Assembly: GCA_041677125.1 (NCBI GenBank) | Contig: JBAYQP010000005.1 | Span: forward strand, 23,007 to 87,006 | Length of the DNA stretch: 64,000 bases | DNA from: Desulfuromonadales bacterium | GTDB lineage: Bacteria > Desulfobacterota > Desulfuromonadia > Desulfuromonadales > JACZKF01 | Direction: 5' to 3' | The notes under the pieces: model-generated | The model's database searches: none | Seen by the model: the letters and a program-made list of their open reading frames with translations, nothing else | What the model was told of the DNA's origin: nothing | Translations under genes and position numbers: made by a program | Shown here: positions 33,575 through 41,686 of the stretch, one piece after another | Layout: each line of letters opens with the position of its first letter | Numbering within the stretch: position 1 is the stretch's first letter

Positions 33575-33606
33575 AAAGGGCGATTCGAGAGAACCGCCCT
33601 TTTTTC
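33575..33606 (+). terminator. Rho-independent terminator after csbD-like gene
   Basis: AAAGGGCG-attcgagagaac-CGCCCTTT followed by a T run (33600-33605). Confidence 0.75.
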
Positions 33607-33696
33607 GCGTCCCGGTCCCCTCTTGCGGTTTCCCAGCGCCCCCCAGACAAGATTAAAATGCAAGGTTCCGGTTTTCCGGCGCATACTTCGACGGAT

Positions 33697-33724
33697 TTGA
33701 CATGTAAGATTGGAGCGATAAAGT
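33697..33724 (+). promoter_or_regulatory. Candidate promoter for DUF1328 gene
   Basis: TTGACA (33697-33702), 16 nt, TAAAGT (33719-33724). Confidence 0.4.
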
Positions 33725-33850
33725 GAGGCTAAGAATGATGCCTTGATCCGGTCCTTTTCCGCCGCCTTCCGGGGCAAAAAGAGAAAAGGGCGCAAAGTTG
33801 GACAAGGAGAAGGAAAGCAAACCCGCATTACAGATTGGGAGGTGAAACAT

Positions 33851-34021
33851 ATGTTATCCTGGGCACTTGGCTTTTTCATCGTCGCCATTATCGCTGCCAT
33901 CTTCGGGTTCGGCGGCATCGCGGCGGGCGCGACCAATATCGCGCAGTTCCTGTTCTGGTTGTTCGTCATTCTCTTTATCGTTTCCCTGGTTGTCGGGCTG
34001 GTCCGCCGGCCCCGGGTTTGA
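33851..34021 (+). CDS. DUF1328/UPF0391 small membrane protein (YtjA-like)
   Basis: ATG33851 follows a GGGAGGTG RBS. '[47 protein letters not shown]' is typical of this family. The longer track ORF from 33743 adds a Lys/Arg-rich non-membrane leader. Confidence 0.8.
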   Translation: MLSWALGFFIVAIIAAIFGFGGIAAGATNIAQFLFWLFVILFIVSLVVGLVRRPRV

Positions 34022-34025
34022 GGCA

Positions 34026-34057
34026 AAGAACCGCGCCCCGCTTGGGGCGCGGTTCTT
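34026..34057. terminator. Bidirectional terminator hairpin between DUF1328 (+) and otsB (-)
   Basis: AAGAACCGCGCCCC-gctt-GGGGCGCGGTTCTT, a perfect 14-bp stem with U-rich flanks on both strands. Confidence 0.8.
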
Positions 34058-34067
34058 CTTTAGCCCT

Positions 34068-34925
34068 TCAGCCGCCAAGTCGCTGCGCCAGCGTTGCAAG
34101 GAAAAGTCGCACCTCTTCCGTATCCTCGAGAGCATAATCGGCATAACTCGGTCGCGGCTCGTCGCGGACGACGATGCCGACGCCACGCCCCTGCAAGGCG
34201 CGAAAGGCGTCCTCGTCGGTGAGATCGTCGCCCAGGTAGAAGGGCACGAAGTCGGCGTCATCGAGCTCAAGCTGGCGCATGAGAAAAAAGACCGCCCGCC
34301 CCTTGTCCCAGTCGATATCCGGACGCAGTTCGAAAACCTTCTTGCCGCCCGTCCGGCGCAGACCGGGCGTTGCCGCCCGCACCCCATCGACGACCGCCTG
34401 CACCCGCGCTTCGGCTTTCTCGCCGCCCTCGCGAAAATGCACCGCGACGGCAAACTTCTTACGCTCCACCCGGACGCCGGCGATGCCGGACAATCGCTCT
34501 TGCAGCGCCTGTTCGGCGCGGTCGAGGGCCGGCAGACATTCGCTCCCCTGGCGGAAGGCGAGATCGCCGCCCGCCGGCCCTTGAATATCGAAACCATGGC
34601 TGCCGGCGTAGGCGATCCCTTCGATCCCGGCCAGCTGCCGCACATCGCGCAAATCGCGGCCGCTGACCAGCGCCACCGGGCAGAGCTCGGCCAGCCGCCG
34701 CACCGTTCGCCGCATTTCGGCGCTCATCAGAGCATCCTGCGGATGGCGCACGATCGGCGTCAGCACGCCATCGTAATCGAGAAACACCGCCGGCCGTTTA
34801 CCATTGAAATGTCCGGCGATTTCGTCCTGACAGGCCAAGGCCGAGGGGAGATCAGCCGTATTGCGGGATTGGGGATGGTTCGATCGCTGGGGCAAAATGT
34901 CCTCCTTTGTTCTCATCTCAGGCAC
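34068..34925 (-). CDS. otsB: Trehalose-6-phosphate phosphatase (HAD superfamily)
   Basis: HAD motif I 'FLDYDGVLTPIV', 'VALVSGRD' and 'FYLGDDLTDEDAF' (motif IV), in an OtsB-like arrangement. Confidence 0.8.
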   Translation of the reverse strand: MPEMRTKEDILPQRSNHPQSRNTADLPSALACQDEIAGHFNGKRPAVFLDYDGVLTPIVRHPQDALMSAEMRRTVRRLAELCPVALVSGRDLRDVRQLAGIEGIAYAGSHGFDIQGPAGGDLAFRQGSECLPALDRAEQALQERLSGIAGVRVERKKFAVAVHFREGGEKAEARVQAVVDGVRAATPGLRRTGGKKVFELRPDIDWDKGRAVFFLMRQLELDDADFVPFYLGDDLTDEDAFRALQGRGVGIVVRDEPRPSYADYALEDTEEVRLFLATLAQRLGG

Positions 34926-35199
34926 CCTTCAAAGAACCCCGGCGCGAAAATCGTCAATTCGTATCCGCCGGGCTCTGCGATTGTAACAGATCGGGGCGCA
35001 GCGGACATCGGCAGAGTCCCCTCGATTTCTCTCTTCGCGAAAAAACCTCCCCGCCCCGGTCATTGACAGGCAACTGTTCTGTGCTATTTGATTAGCTTGC
35101 CTACATACACCTTCATCGCGCGACCGGCACCGGCACGAGGCGGACAATAATCTGCGACTGGTCGAATCCCTGGCCGGACCCCTGCCGCCGGAGCAGCGA

Positions 35200-35652
35200 G
35201 TGCCGAGCATCCTGGGCCATCCGGCGGAAACGGCGCGCCGGAACGAACAGCTTGCAACACTTCTCCATAATATTCCGGCCGATGCGCCCCTGCTGCTGGT
35301 CCACCCCGGCGCCGACTGGCGTGACGACCGCGACGAAACCGCACGCCGGCGGCTGCCCTTGTATCTGCTGGCCGGCGGCTCCGGTCGGGAGGAAAATCTG
35401 CGCCGGGCCGCCCAGGCGGCCGGCGGCGCACTGCTCGCCTGCTTTACGCCGGGATCGGCCCCCTGGTGGCGCGAACGTCTCGGCGCCGATGTCGCCGCCT
35501 GGCTGCGGGAGCCCGACGCCGACTCCTACGCCGACGGCATCCCGCACCGAAGCTCCGGCGATCTCCAGGAACTGCTCCGGCAAACCGTCCCCGCCGTGCG
35601 CCTGCGCAAATGGCTGGCGGCGCGGCCGGCCGACGCCCAGCCGCCCATCTGA
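35200..35652 (+). CDS. Hypothetical protein
   Basis: GTG-initiated ORF with strongly G/C-biased third codon positions, unlike the overlapping frames. I recognised no family. Confidence 0.4.
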   Translation: MPSILGHPAETARRNEQLATLLHNIPADAPLLLVHPGADWRDDRDETARRRLPLYLLAGGSGREENLRRAAQAAGGALLACFTPGSAPWWRERLGADVAAWLREPDADSYADGIPHRSSGDLQELLRQTVPAVRLRKWLAARPADAQPPI

Positions 35653-35777
35653 GATTATAAGCGATCATTCTCTGGCTGGACTCCCCGCCGCCAGCATCTT
35701 TTTGACAAAATGCCTGTGCCAGGTATTTTCATGTCGGGAGGGATCGGGCGAATTCTCAAGAAGAAGGGGGAACGGGA

Positions 35778-36179
35778 TTGAATATTCGGCAAAATGGCAG
35801 CAAGAAGGATCGGCGCTGCCGGCTCGCGGTGAAGGAGGGTCTGTATTACGGGACGACGGGGCTCTGGCCCCTGCTGCATCTGCCCTCCTTCCTCTGGGTC
35901 ACCGGGCCGAAACGGGACCTTTGGCTGGTGCGGACGGTCGGCGCCCTGGTGGCGGTCTCCGGCGTCACCCTCCTCGCGGCCGGCCGCCGCGGGCGGGTCA
36001 CTCCCGAGATCGCCCTTCTCGGGGCCGGTCAGTCCGCAGCCTTTTTCCTGATCGATACCGTCTATGCGCTACGGGGGCGGATCGCGAAAATCTACCTGGC
36101 CGATGCCGTGCTGCAATTGGGGCTTTTAGCCGCCTGGGGGCTTGCCGGCAGAGGACAGCCGCCGGAGGGAAAAAACTAG
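35778..36179 (+). CDS. Hypothetical small integral membrane protein (about 4 TM helices)
   Basis: TTG start with an AAGGGGGA RBS. Hydrophobic segments include 'GLWPLLHLPSFLWVTG', 'TVGALVAVSGVTLLAAG', 'ALLGAGQSAAFFLIDTVYAL' and 'AVLQLGLLAAWGLAG'. Confidence 0.5.
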   Translation: MNIRQNGSKKDRRCRLAVKEGLYYGTTGLWPLLHLPSFLWVTGPKRDLWLVRTVGALVAVSGVTLLAAGRRGRVTPEIALLGAGQSAAFFLIDTVYALRGRIAKIYLADAVLQLGLLAAWGLAGRGQPPEGKN

Positions 36180-36291
36180 CGCGCGGTAGGCCTCCCGCCG
36201 GTGCGCCACCTGCAAACTTCCGGAAAACCCACGATTGCCCGGCCACCCGCCCAGCCGACCTTGCGCAGCGGTCTTCCTCCGGACTAGCCGG

Positions 36292-36456
36292 CAAAATATG
36301 CCGCAGGAGAAGCGGATAACTATCCGTCGCCCCTATTCCGTCCGTTTCGAGAAGTTTCGGTTCGCTGCTCATCAGCAGCGGTCCATCGGCCGGATCGTCG
36401 GTGATCCGGCCATGCGAGCCTTTGACCAGGGACGGATCAAGGGGGATTACGTTCAT
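36292..36456 (-). pseudogene. 3'-terminal fragment of an alkaline-phosphatase/nucleotide-pyrophosphatase-family gene
   Basis: 'IPLDPSLVKGSHGRITDDPADGPLLMSS' resembles the conserved C-terminal block of type-I phosphodiesterase/AP-superfamily proteins. No N-terminal catalytic part is present upstream. Confidence 0.35.
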
Positions 36457-36612
36457 CTGGTAGCGGAACCCCGAGGTGCTCAGCGACGCGGAACTCGAAT
36501 CGGTGATCGCTTATCTCGACTTCCTCCGGCGCCGTGGGCGGCAAGGCTAGCGAACAGACGGCACGAGGGGCCGCTCCGCGGATTTTTGTTGCTGAGCGCC
36601 GGAGGGCTGCGG

Positions 36613-38100
36613 CTACTTTAGCTCCTGACGGTCGAGTTCGCTGACCTTGCGAAAATGGTAGCCGTAAATGGCCAGAGTGATGGCGGCCGGAATCAGTCGG
36701 GGGCGATGCAGCGCCGTCCAGAGCAGGACTTTCCAGAAATGGACCCGTTCGCGGCCGAGAATGCCAAGACGGTAGATCGACTGGAAAAAGGCAATTTTGT
36801 AGTCGAAATCGAGGCCGGCGCGAATTTTCGGCGGGCGGTATTCGCGCAGAAAGGTCATGACCCGGCGATAATAAGGTCCGGGGGAGTAGAGCCTTTCCAG
36901 CAAAAAACGGTACCCCTCAAGCAGGGTCTCCAGGTTCATTCGGGTCACGATATTCGTAAGACCGTTGGCGTTGTCGCCGGACATTTCCCCCAGAAGCCTT
37001 CCCTCCCGCTTCAACCGCTCGTAAAGACGAGTGCCGTGGGGCGCCTGTAGCAGTCCGACCATGGCGGTGACGATGCCGCTGTTCTGGATGAAATCGATCT
37101 GTTTTTGAAATATGGAAAGAGGATCGCTGTCGAAGCCGACGATGAACCCGCCCTGCACCTGCAATCCGGCGTGCTGCAGGCGTTTGACATCCGCGACCAG
37201 ATCGCGTTGCTGGTTTTGCCGCTTGCAACTTTCGCCCAGGCTCGCCTCGTTGGGCGTTTCGATGCCGATGAACACCTGGCTGAAGCCGGCTTCCACCATC
37301 ATCGCCGTTAATTCGGCGTCATCGGCCAGATCGATGGAAACCTCGGTGTAGAAGGTGATCCCCTTCTTGTCGCGCTGCCAATCGATCAGGCGCGGCAGCA
37401 GCTCGTTCTTGAGCAGTTGCTTATTGCCGATGAAATTGTCATCGACAAAAAAGATGCTGGAGCGCCAGCCTGCCGCATACAGGCTGTCCAGTTCAGCGAT
37501 GATCTGAGTCGCCAATTTGGTCCGCGTCTTGCGGCCGAAGAGGGCGGTGACGTTGCAGAAATCGCACTGCCAGGGGCAGCCGCGGGAGAACTGGACGCTC
37601 ATTGCCGCGTAGCGGCGGCGCTCGACCAGTTCCCAGCGGGGGACGGGAGTTGCGGTCAGATCGGCGAATTGGTCGCTGCGGTAAATGGGACCGGCGCACC
37701 CGGCCGCCAGATCGGTGAGAAACGGAGGAAGGCTAAGCTCGGCCTCATTGAGGACGAAATGATCGACCTGCGGAAACTGCCCGTGCTCGCCGGTGAAGAG
37801 CGGGCCGCCGGCGACGATGCGCACGCCGGCGGCGCGGCAGCGCTCGATGATCTGGTGCGCCGATTGGCGCTGCACATTCATGGCGCCGATAAAAACCATG
37901 TCGGCCCAGGCCAGATCGGCGTCGGTCAGGGGAGCGACATTCAGATCGATCAGGCGCACCGGCCACTCGGCTGGCAGCAGGGCGGCCACGGTGAGCAGCC
38001 CCAGGGGCGGCGAGGACGCCCGTTTGCGGGCGAATTTCAGGGCGTGCTTAAAGCTCCAGAAGGTGTCGGGGAATTCGGGATAGATAAGCAGAGTGTGCAT
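36613..38100 (-). CDS. B12-binding-domain radical SAM protein (class B rSAM with DUF4070-like C-terminus)
   Basis: ATG38100 is preceded by GGAGGT. N-terminal cobalamin-binding-like domain ('LGLLTVAALLP...MVFIGAM'). Radical SAM motif 'SRGCPWQCDFC'. C-terminal extension 'YRRVMTFLREYRPP'. Confidence 0.85.
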   Translation of the reverse strand: MHTLLIYPEFPDTFWSFKHALKFARKRASSPPLGLLTVAALLPAEWPVRLIDLNVAPLTDADLAWADMVFIGAMNVQRQSAHQIIERCRAAGVRIVAGGPLFTGEHGQFPQVDHFVLNEAELSLPPFLTDLAAGCAGPIYRSDQFADLTATPVPRWELVERRRYAAMSVQFSRGCPWQCDFCNVTALFGRKTRTKLATQIIAELDSLYAAGWRSSIFFVDDNFIGNKQLLKNELLPRLIDWQRDKKGITFYTEVSIDLADDAELTAMMVEAGFSQVFIGIETPNEASLGESCKRQNQQRDLVADVKRLQHAGLQVQGGFIVGFDSDPLSIFQKQIDFIQNSGIVTAMVGLLQAPHGTRLYERLKREGRLLGEMSGDNANGLTNIVTRMNLETLLEGYRFLLERLYSPGPYYRRVMTFLREYRPPKIRAGLDFDYKIAFFQSIYRLGILGRERVHFWKVLLWTALHRPRLIPAAITLAIYGYHFRKVSELDRQELK

Positions 38101-38455
38101 AGGGACCTCCATCTGACCTCCTAGCCTATCATGGCGCGGCCGGTGTTCAAGCTGACCGTCGGCGAACCGGACAGAGGCCCTGCCGCTCGCCCTCGCCGCC
38201 AGCACGACGCACAGGGAAACAACCACCATCCGGGAGGTCCAGCGGGAAATGGCCGAATCGGTCGACAAACTCCGGGATTATTCGGCCGAGCAGATGACGG
38301 AGGCGGAAAAAGCTGCGCCGACAGCGCATCGATGTTGCACATTGGTATAATGAGCTGCAGCGCAAATCTGCTTTTGCAAACCACGCCGCGAGCGGTGCGC
38401 TATTGGTGCCGCGTACTCTAAGTCCATCTGATCGCTGGTCAAATTATTGAGGATC

Positions 38456-39550
38456 ATGCGCCTCCCCTTCCGCATCCTTGAGCCTGCCTTCTTCGCCGGA
38501 CTTGCCGACGACCCCCTGCTGCTCGTCCAAGTCCGCCCCCTCGGCCGTTCCCTCCTCTTCGATTGCGGCCAGATCAACCATCTGGCCAAACGGGTGCTGC
38601 GCTCCATCGACGCCCTATTCATCAGCCACGCCCATATGGATCACTTCATGGGCATGGATACCTTTACCCGTCATATCCTCGTCTCGCCGCGCACCATCGA
38701 CATCTTCGGACCGCCGGGCATCGCCGCCCGACTGGCAAACAAGCTCGCCGGCTACGACTGGAACCTGAGGGAGGATTTCTGGTGCTCGTTTCGCGTTCAC
38801 GAGGTGCATCCGCATCGTCTGCGCATTTTTCAGTTGGTCGGAGCCGAGGGATTTGCCTGCCGGCCGCAAGGCGAGGAAGACCGCTGCGACCTGGACATTT
38901 ATGCCAACCGCTACCTGAAGGTGGCGGCCGATGCCGGGGACCACAAAATTCCGGTGCTCTTCTTCCGTATTACCGAGAAAGCCGCTTTCGCCTTGGACGA
39001 AAACAAGATGGCTGCTGCCGGGCTGGCGCCGGGCGATTGGCTGAAAACCCTGAAGACTCTCTTTTTTCGCGGAACGCTGGCGGGCGCCCCGATCAGTGTC
39101 CTGCAACAGCGGGGCGCCGCCGTCGAAGAAGCGATCCGGCCGGATGCCGCCGCCCTGTACGCAACCATTCGCCGAAACGATTCGCCTGCCAGCCTCGGCT
39201 ATTTCACCGACCTGGATTTCAGCGACGAAAACCGCGCAAAGCTCCGTCGTCTGCTGCACGCAGTGAGTCTCCTGGTCGGTGAATGCGCCTACCTGCGCCG
39301 CGACAAAGAACGGGCTCGGGCCTCGCGCCACCTCTGCACCGAGGATATCAATTCTCTGCTTGACGACCTGCGACCGGCCTACTTCATGCCCATGCACCTG
39401 TCGAAAAGCAACCTCGGACACAGCCAACAACTGTACGACGAAATCGAGCCGCCGCCGGGCACCACCCTCCTGCGCCTGCCCAAACGCATTACCCCCCGCC
39501 CCCTGCTCCCCGACGAACTGCCGCCTTCCGCGCGAGGGAGATTTCGCTGA
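38456..39550 (+). CDS. MBL-fold metallo-hydrolase (RNase Z/beta-lactamase superfamily)
   Basis: 'LLFDCGQ...ALFISHAHMDHFMGMD' (HxHxDH motif). ATG38456 follows GAGGA. The track start TTG38447 is also possible. Confidence 0.75.
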   Translation: MRLPFRILEPAFFAGLADDPLLLVQVRPLGRSLLFDCGQINHLAKRVLRSIDALFISHAHMDHFMGMDTFTRHILVSPRTIDIFGPPGIAARLANKLAGYDWNLREDFWCSFRVHEVHPHRLRIFQLVGAEGFACRPQGEEDRCDLDIYANRYLKVAADAGDHKIPVLFFRITEKAAFALDENKMAAAGLAPGDWLKTLKTLFFRGTLAGAPISVLQQRGAAVEEAIRPDAAALYATIRRNDSPASLGYFTDLDFSDENRAKLRRLLHAVSLLVGECAYLRRDKERARASRHLCTEDINSLLDDLRPAYFMPMHLSKSNLGHSQQLYDEIEPPPGTTLLRLPKRITPRPLLPDELPPSARGRFR

Positions 39551-39635
39551 ACTCGCACCTCCGACCGCCGCGCGCATTGACAGCGTCCGCCTTGGTGTTA
39601 ACATCCTCTAAACTTCCAATAACAAGGAGGAAAGC

Positions 39636-39968
39636 ATGTCTCGTCCATCGCAAGGGATTATCAAGTATTTCATGCTCCTGGTCTGCATCTCCTTTTTGGC
39701 GGCCTGCACGAGTTCCCCCACAAGCCGGGGCACCGGCGAATATGTCGAGGACAAAACCGTGGCCGCCAAGGTAAAGACGGAACTGGCCAGGGAACCGGCA
39801 ACCAAAGCCAGCCAGATTGAGGTGGAGGTCTTCCGCGGCACGGTGCAGCTCAGCGGGTTTGTCGATAGCGAACAGAGCAAAAAGCTGGCCGGGGAAATCG
39901 CCCAGGGTGTCGAGGGAGCGCAAGAGGTGGTGAACAACATCATGGTGAAAGAGCCCAGACAGCAATAG
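39636..39968 (+). CDS. BON-domain lipoprotein (OsmY-like)
   Basis: Lipobox 'ISFLAACTSS'. BON domain 'DKTVAAKVKTELAREPATKASQIEVEVFRGTVQLSGFVDSEQSKKLAGEIAQGVEGAQEVVNNI'. Confidence 0.85.
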   Translation: MSRPSQGIIKYFMLLVCISFLAACTSSPTSRGTGEYVEDKTVAAKVKTELAREPATKASQIEVEVFRGTVQLSGFVDSEQSKKLAGEIAQGVEGAQEVVNNIMVKEPRQQ

Positions 39969-40016
39969 CGTAAGAGCAAAGAGATAGCCGGCCCTTCGCG
40001 CCGGAAGACGAAAAGA

Positions 40017-40053
40017 AAATGGGTTAGCCAAGGGGAATGGCTAACCCATTTTT
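40017..40053. terminator. Terminator hairpin (copy 1), serving the BON gene on the + strand
   Basis: AAATGGGTTAGCCA-aggggaa-TGGCTAACCCATTT followed by TT. Confidence 0.75.
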
Positions 40054-40150
40054 ATGTTTCTGGTCGGGACGGGGGGTCGAACCCGTACCGTGGTGCGGCT
40101 GTGGCGCAACAACTGGGACATGGGTGTCCTTGGGTTTGCGCCGGAAGCCA

Positions 40151-40192
40151 AAAAGGAAATGGGTTAGCCAAGGGGACTGGCTAACCCATTTT
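40151..40192 (-). terminator. Terminator hairpin (copy 2) downstream of tRNA-Leu
   Basis: Same 14-bp stem as copy 1 (40157-40170 / 40178-40191), with loop aggggac. On the minus strand it is followed by ATTTCCTTTT. Confidence 0.7.
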
Positions 40193-40199
40193 ATGTCTC

Positions 40200-40288
40200 T
40201 GGTGCCCGGGACGAGGATCGAACTCGTACAGGGGTTACCCCCCGAGGGATTTTAAGTCCCTTGCGTCTGCCAGTTCCGCCACCCGGGC
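40200..40288 (-). tRNA. tRNA-Leu (anticodon TAA), long variable arm, CCA encoded
   Basis: The reverse complement GCCCGGGTGGCGGAACTGGCAGACGCAAGGGACTTAAAATCCCTCGGGGGGTAACCCCTGTACGAGTTCGATCCTCGTCCCGGGCACCA is 89 nt. Acceptor GCCCGGG/CCCGGGC; anticodon arm AGGGA-CT-TAA-AA-TCCCT; T arm ACGAG-TTCGATC-CTCGT. Confidence 0.95.
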
Positions 40289-40348
40289 TTTGGATTGGTG
40301 TATTATTGCGATTGCGCCGGATATGTCAACGATTAATGGAGGTTTCTT

Positions 40349-40846
40349 ATGGCCGGGAAAAAACTTGAATGCCCCAACTGCGGAAGCACGGTGGAAACCT
40401 TTCGCAATCCCTTTCCGACGGTGGACATCATCATCCGCCAGGAAGACAGCATCGTGCTCATCGAGCGACGGAACGAACCGGTCGGCTGGGCTTTGCCGGG
40501 GGGATTCGTCGATTATGGCGAGAGCCTGGAAACGGCGGCAGCGCGTGAGGCGAGGGAGGAGACAGGCCTCGATCTGCGCGATTTACGGCAGTTTGCCGCC
40601 TATTCGGACCCGGCTCGCGACCCCAGGCAACACAACCTTTCCATCGTCTTCACCGCCGAAGGCGCCGGCATTCTGCAAGGGGGCGACGATGCCGCTCGCG
40701 CCGCCCTTTTTCTCCTCAACGCCCTTCCCTCCCCGCTTTGCTTCGACCATGGACAAATCCTTGCCGATTACCGGGAATGGCTGCAGGGTTCCGGCTGCAG
40801 CCCGAATATCTTTTCCCGCACGGAGGCGCGGCGAGATTGCGATTAA
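40349..40846 (+). CDS. NUDIX hydrolase with N-terminal zinc-ribbon
   Basis: 'CPNCGS' zinc ribbon. Nudix box 'GGFVDYGESLETAAAREAREETGL'. Confidence 0.85.
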   Translation: MAGKKLECPNCGSTVETFRNPFPTVDIIIRQEDSIVLIERRNEPVGWALPGGFVDYGESLETAAAREAREETGLDLRDLRQFAAYSDPARDPRQHNLSIVFTAEGAGILQGGDDAARAALFLLNALPSPLCFDHGQILADYREWLQGSGCSPNIFSRTEARRDCD

Positions 40847-40864
40847 ATCGCTTCGGGAAGCGGA

Positions 40865-41686
40865 TCAGGAGAAGAAACGGATCTCGGGCATTTCCGGCAA
40901 AAATTCATATTTTACGCACAATTGGTAAAACAGCCGCAGACCGGCAAGGTGGGGTTCGGTGAGGTTGAAGGACATGGCCCGCCAATAATCGACCAAAGCC
41001 GATTCGCCGAGCCATTCCCTTTCGGGCGCGGCGGCGGCCAAGCGGTGCAGGCTGGCAAAGGCTCGCCGGCGGGATTCTTCGAGTTGGGCGACAAGCTCGC
41101 GAATCGCGGCCGCCTGATCGGCAACGACCTGCCGACGAAGGATCCAGAGGGCGAAAACGAAGGGCAGACCGGTATGCCGCTGCCACAGTTCGCCCAAGTC
41201 GTAAATTTGCATGCCGGGGGGCGGGGCGAGGGCGGCGCGCAGGGCGCGGTCGCCGATCAGCAAAGCCGGACGGCCGGCGGCGATGAGCTCCTCTATCGGT
41301 GCAGTGGGAACCGCCGCCCGGACTTGCTTCAAACCGGAAAATTCGCGCAGAAGAATGTGCAGCAGACGCACCGACGTGGCCGATTCGCCGGTCAGGGCGA
41401 TTTCTGTTCCGGCGAGATCCTCCGGTGCCGAGGGAGAAAAAAGCAAGACGCTTTTCACCGCCCCGAAGGCGCTGATGGATAAATCCGGGAGAAGAAAATA
41501 TTTCTGCCAGTTGCGCGCGTATTCAAAGGAGGACGAGGGACTTGCGTCGACTTGTCCGGCCGCGAGTTTGCTGTTCAATTGCGCGGGCACGCCGGGCACG
41601 ATCCGTCCCCGGAAACCGGCCTCCACCAAATGATGGAAGAACGGGGTGCAGTTGGCGTAGGTGATATGGCCGACGGCGAGGGTCAT
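40865..41686 (-). CDS. Menaquinone (futalosine-pathway) biosynthesis protein, MqnA/MqnD family (PF02621-like)
   Basis: 'ITYANCTPFF', 'VPAQLNSKLAAGQVDASPSSSFEYA', 'YFLLPDLSISAFGAVKSVLLFS' and 'LPFVFALW' match the family pattern. ATG41686 overlaps the tolC-like stop (ATGA). Confidence 0.7.
   Translation of the reverse strand: MTLAVGHITYANCTPFFHHLVEAGFRGRIVPGVPAQLNSKLAAGQVDASPSSSFEYARNWQKYFLLPDLSISAFGAVKSVLLFSPSAPEDLAGTEIALTGESATSVRLLHILLREFSGLKQVRAAVPTAPIEELIAAGRPALLIGDRALRAALAPPPGMQIYDLGELWQRHTGLPFVFALWILRRQVVADQAAAIRELVAQLEESRRRAFASLHRLAAAAPEREWLGESALVDYWRAMSFNLTEPHLAGLRLFYQLCVKYEFLPEMPEIRFFS

Larger units (their letters stand above)
39998..40229. repeat. Tandem ~92-bp direct duplication, period 140 bp: terminator hairpin plus 3' portion of tRNA-Leu
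   Basis: 39998-40088 and 40138-40229 align at roughly 85% by eye. The alignment starts at 'gcgccggaag', runs through the hairpin and 'tggt..cgggacg.gg.tcgaac.cgtac', and then diverges. Confidence 0.8.

Noticed and set aside
35252-36319. 355-aa + strand ORF
   Set aside because: The translation is Arg/Pro/Ala-rich with no motifs. It overlaps two better-behaved frames (35200..35652 and 35778..36179) that have GC3 bias and TM helices.
38101-38455. Small ORFs (87-114 aa) in the divergent region between the radical SAM and MBL-fold genes
   Set aside because: They overlap one another in several frames, have no RBS or motifs and show poor codon bias. The region more likely holds divergent promoters, e.g. 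an extended -10 TGGTATAAT at 38343-38351 on the + strand.
40061-40140. A complete second tRNA gene left of tRNA-Leu
   Set aside because: Only a T-arm/acceptor 3' half-like segment is recognisable. No complementary 5' acceptor strand and no 7-nt anticodon loop could be folded. I treated it as a remnant within the duplication.
40037-40255. 72-aa + strand ORF
   Set aside because: It spans both terminator hairpins and runs into the tRNA-Leu gene. It is an artefact of the duplicated sequence.
29069-40288. Genomic island delimited by tRNA-Val and tRNA-Leu
   Set aside because: Both tRNAs are on the minus strand with their 3' ends pointing left. The interval contains ordinary metabolic and stress genes and no integrase, transposase or phage genes.
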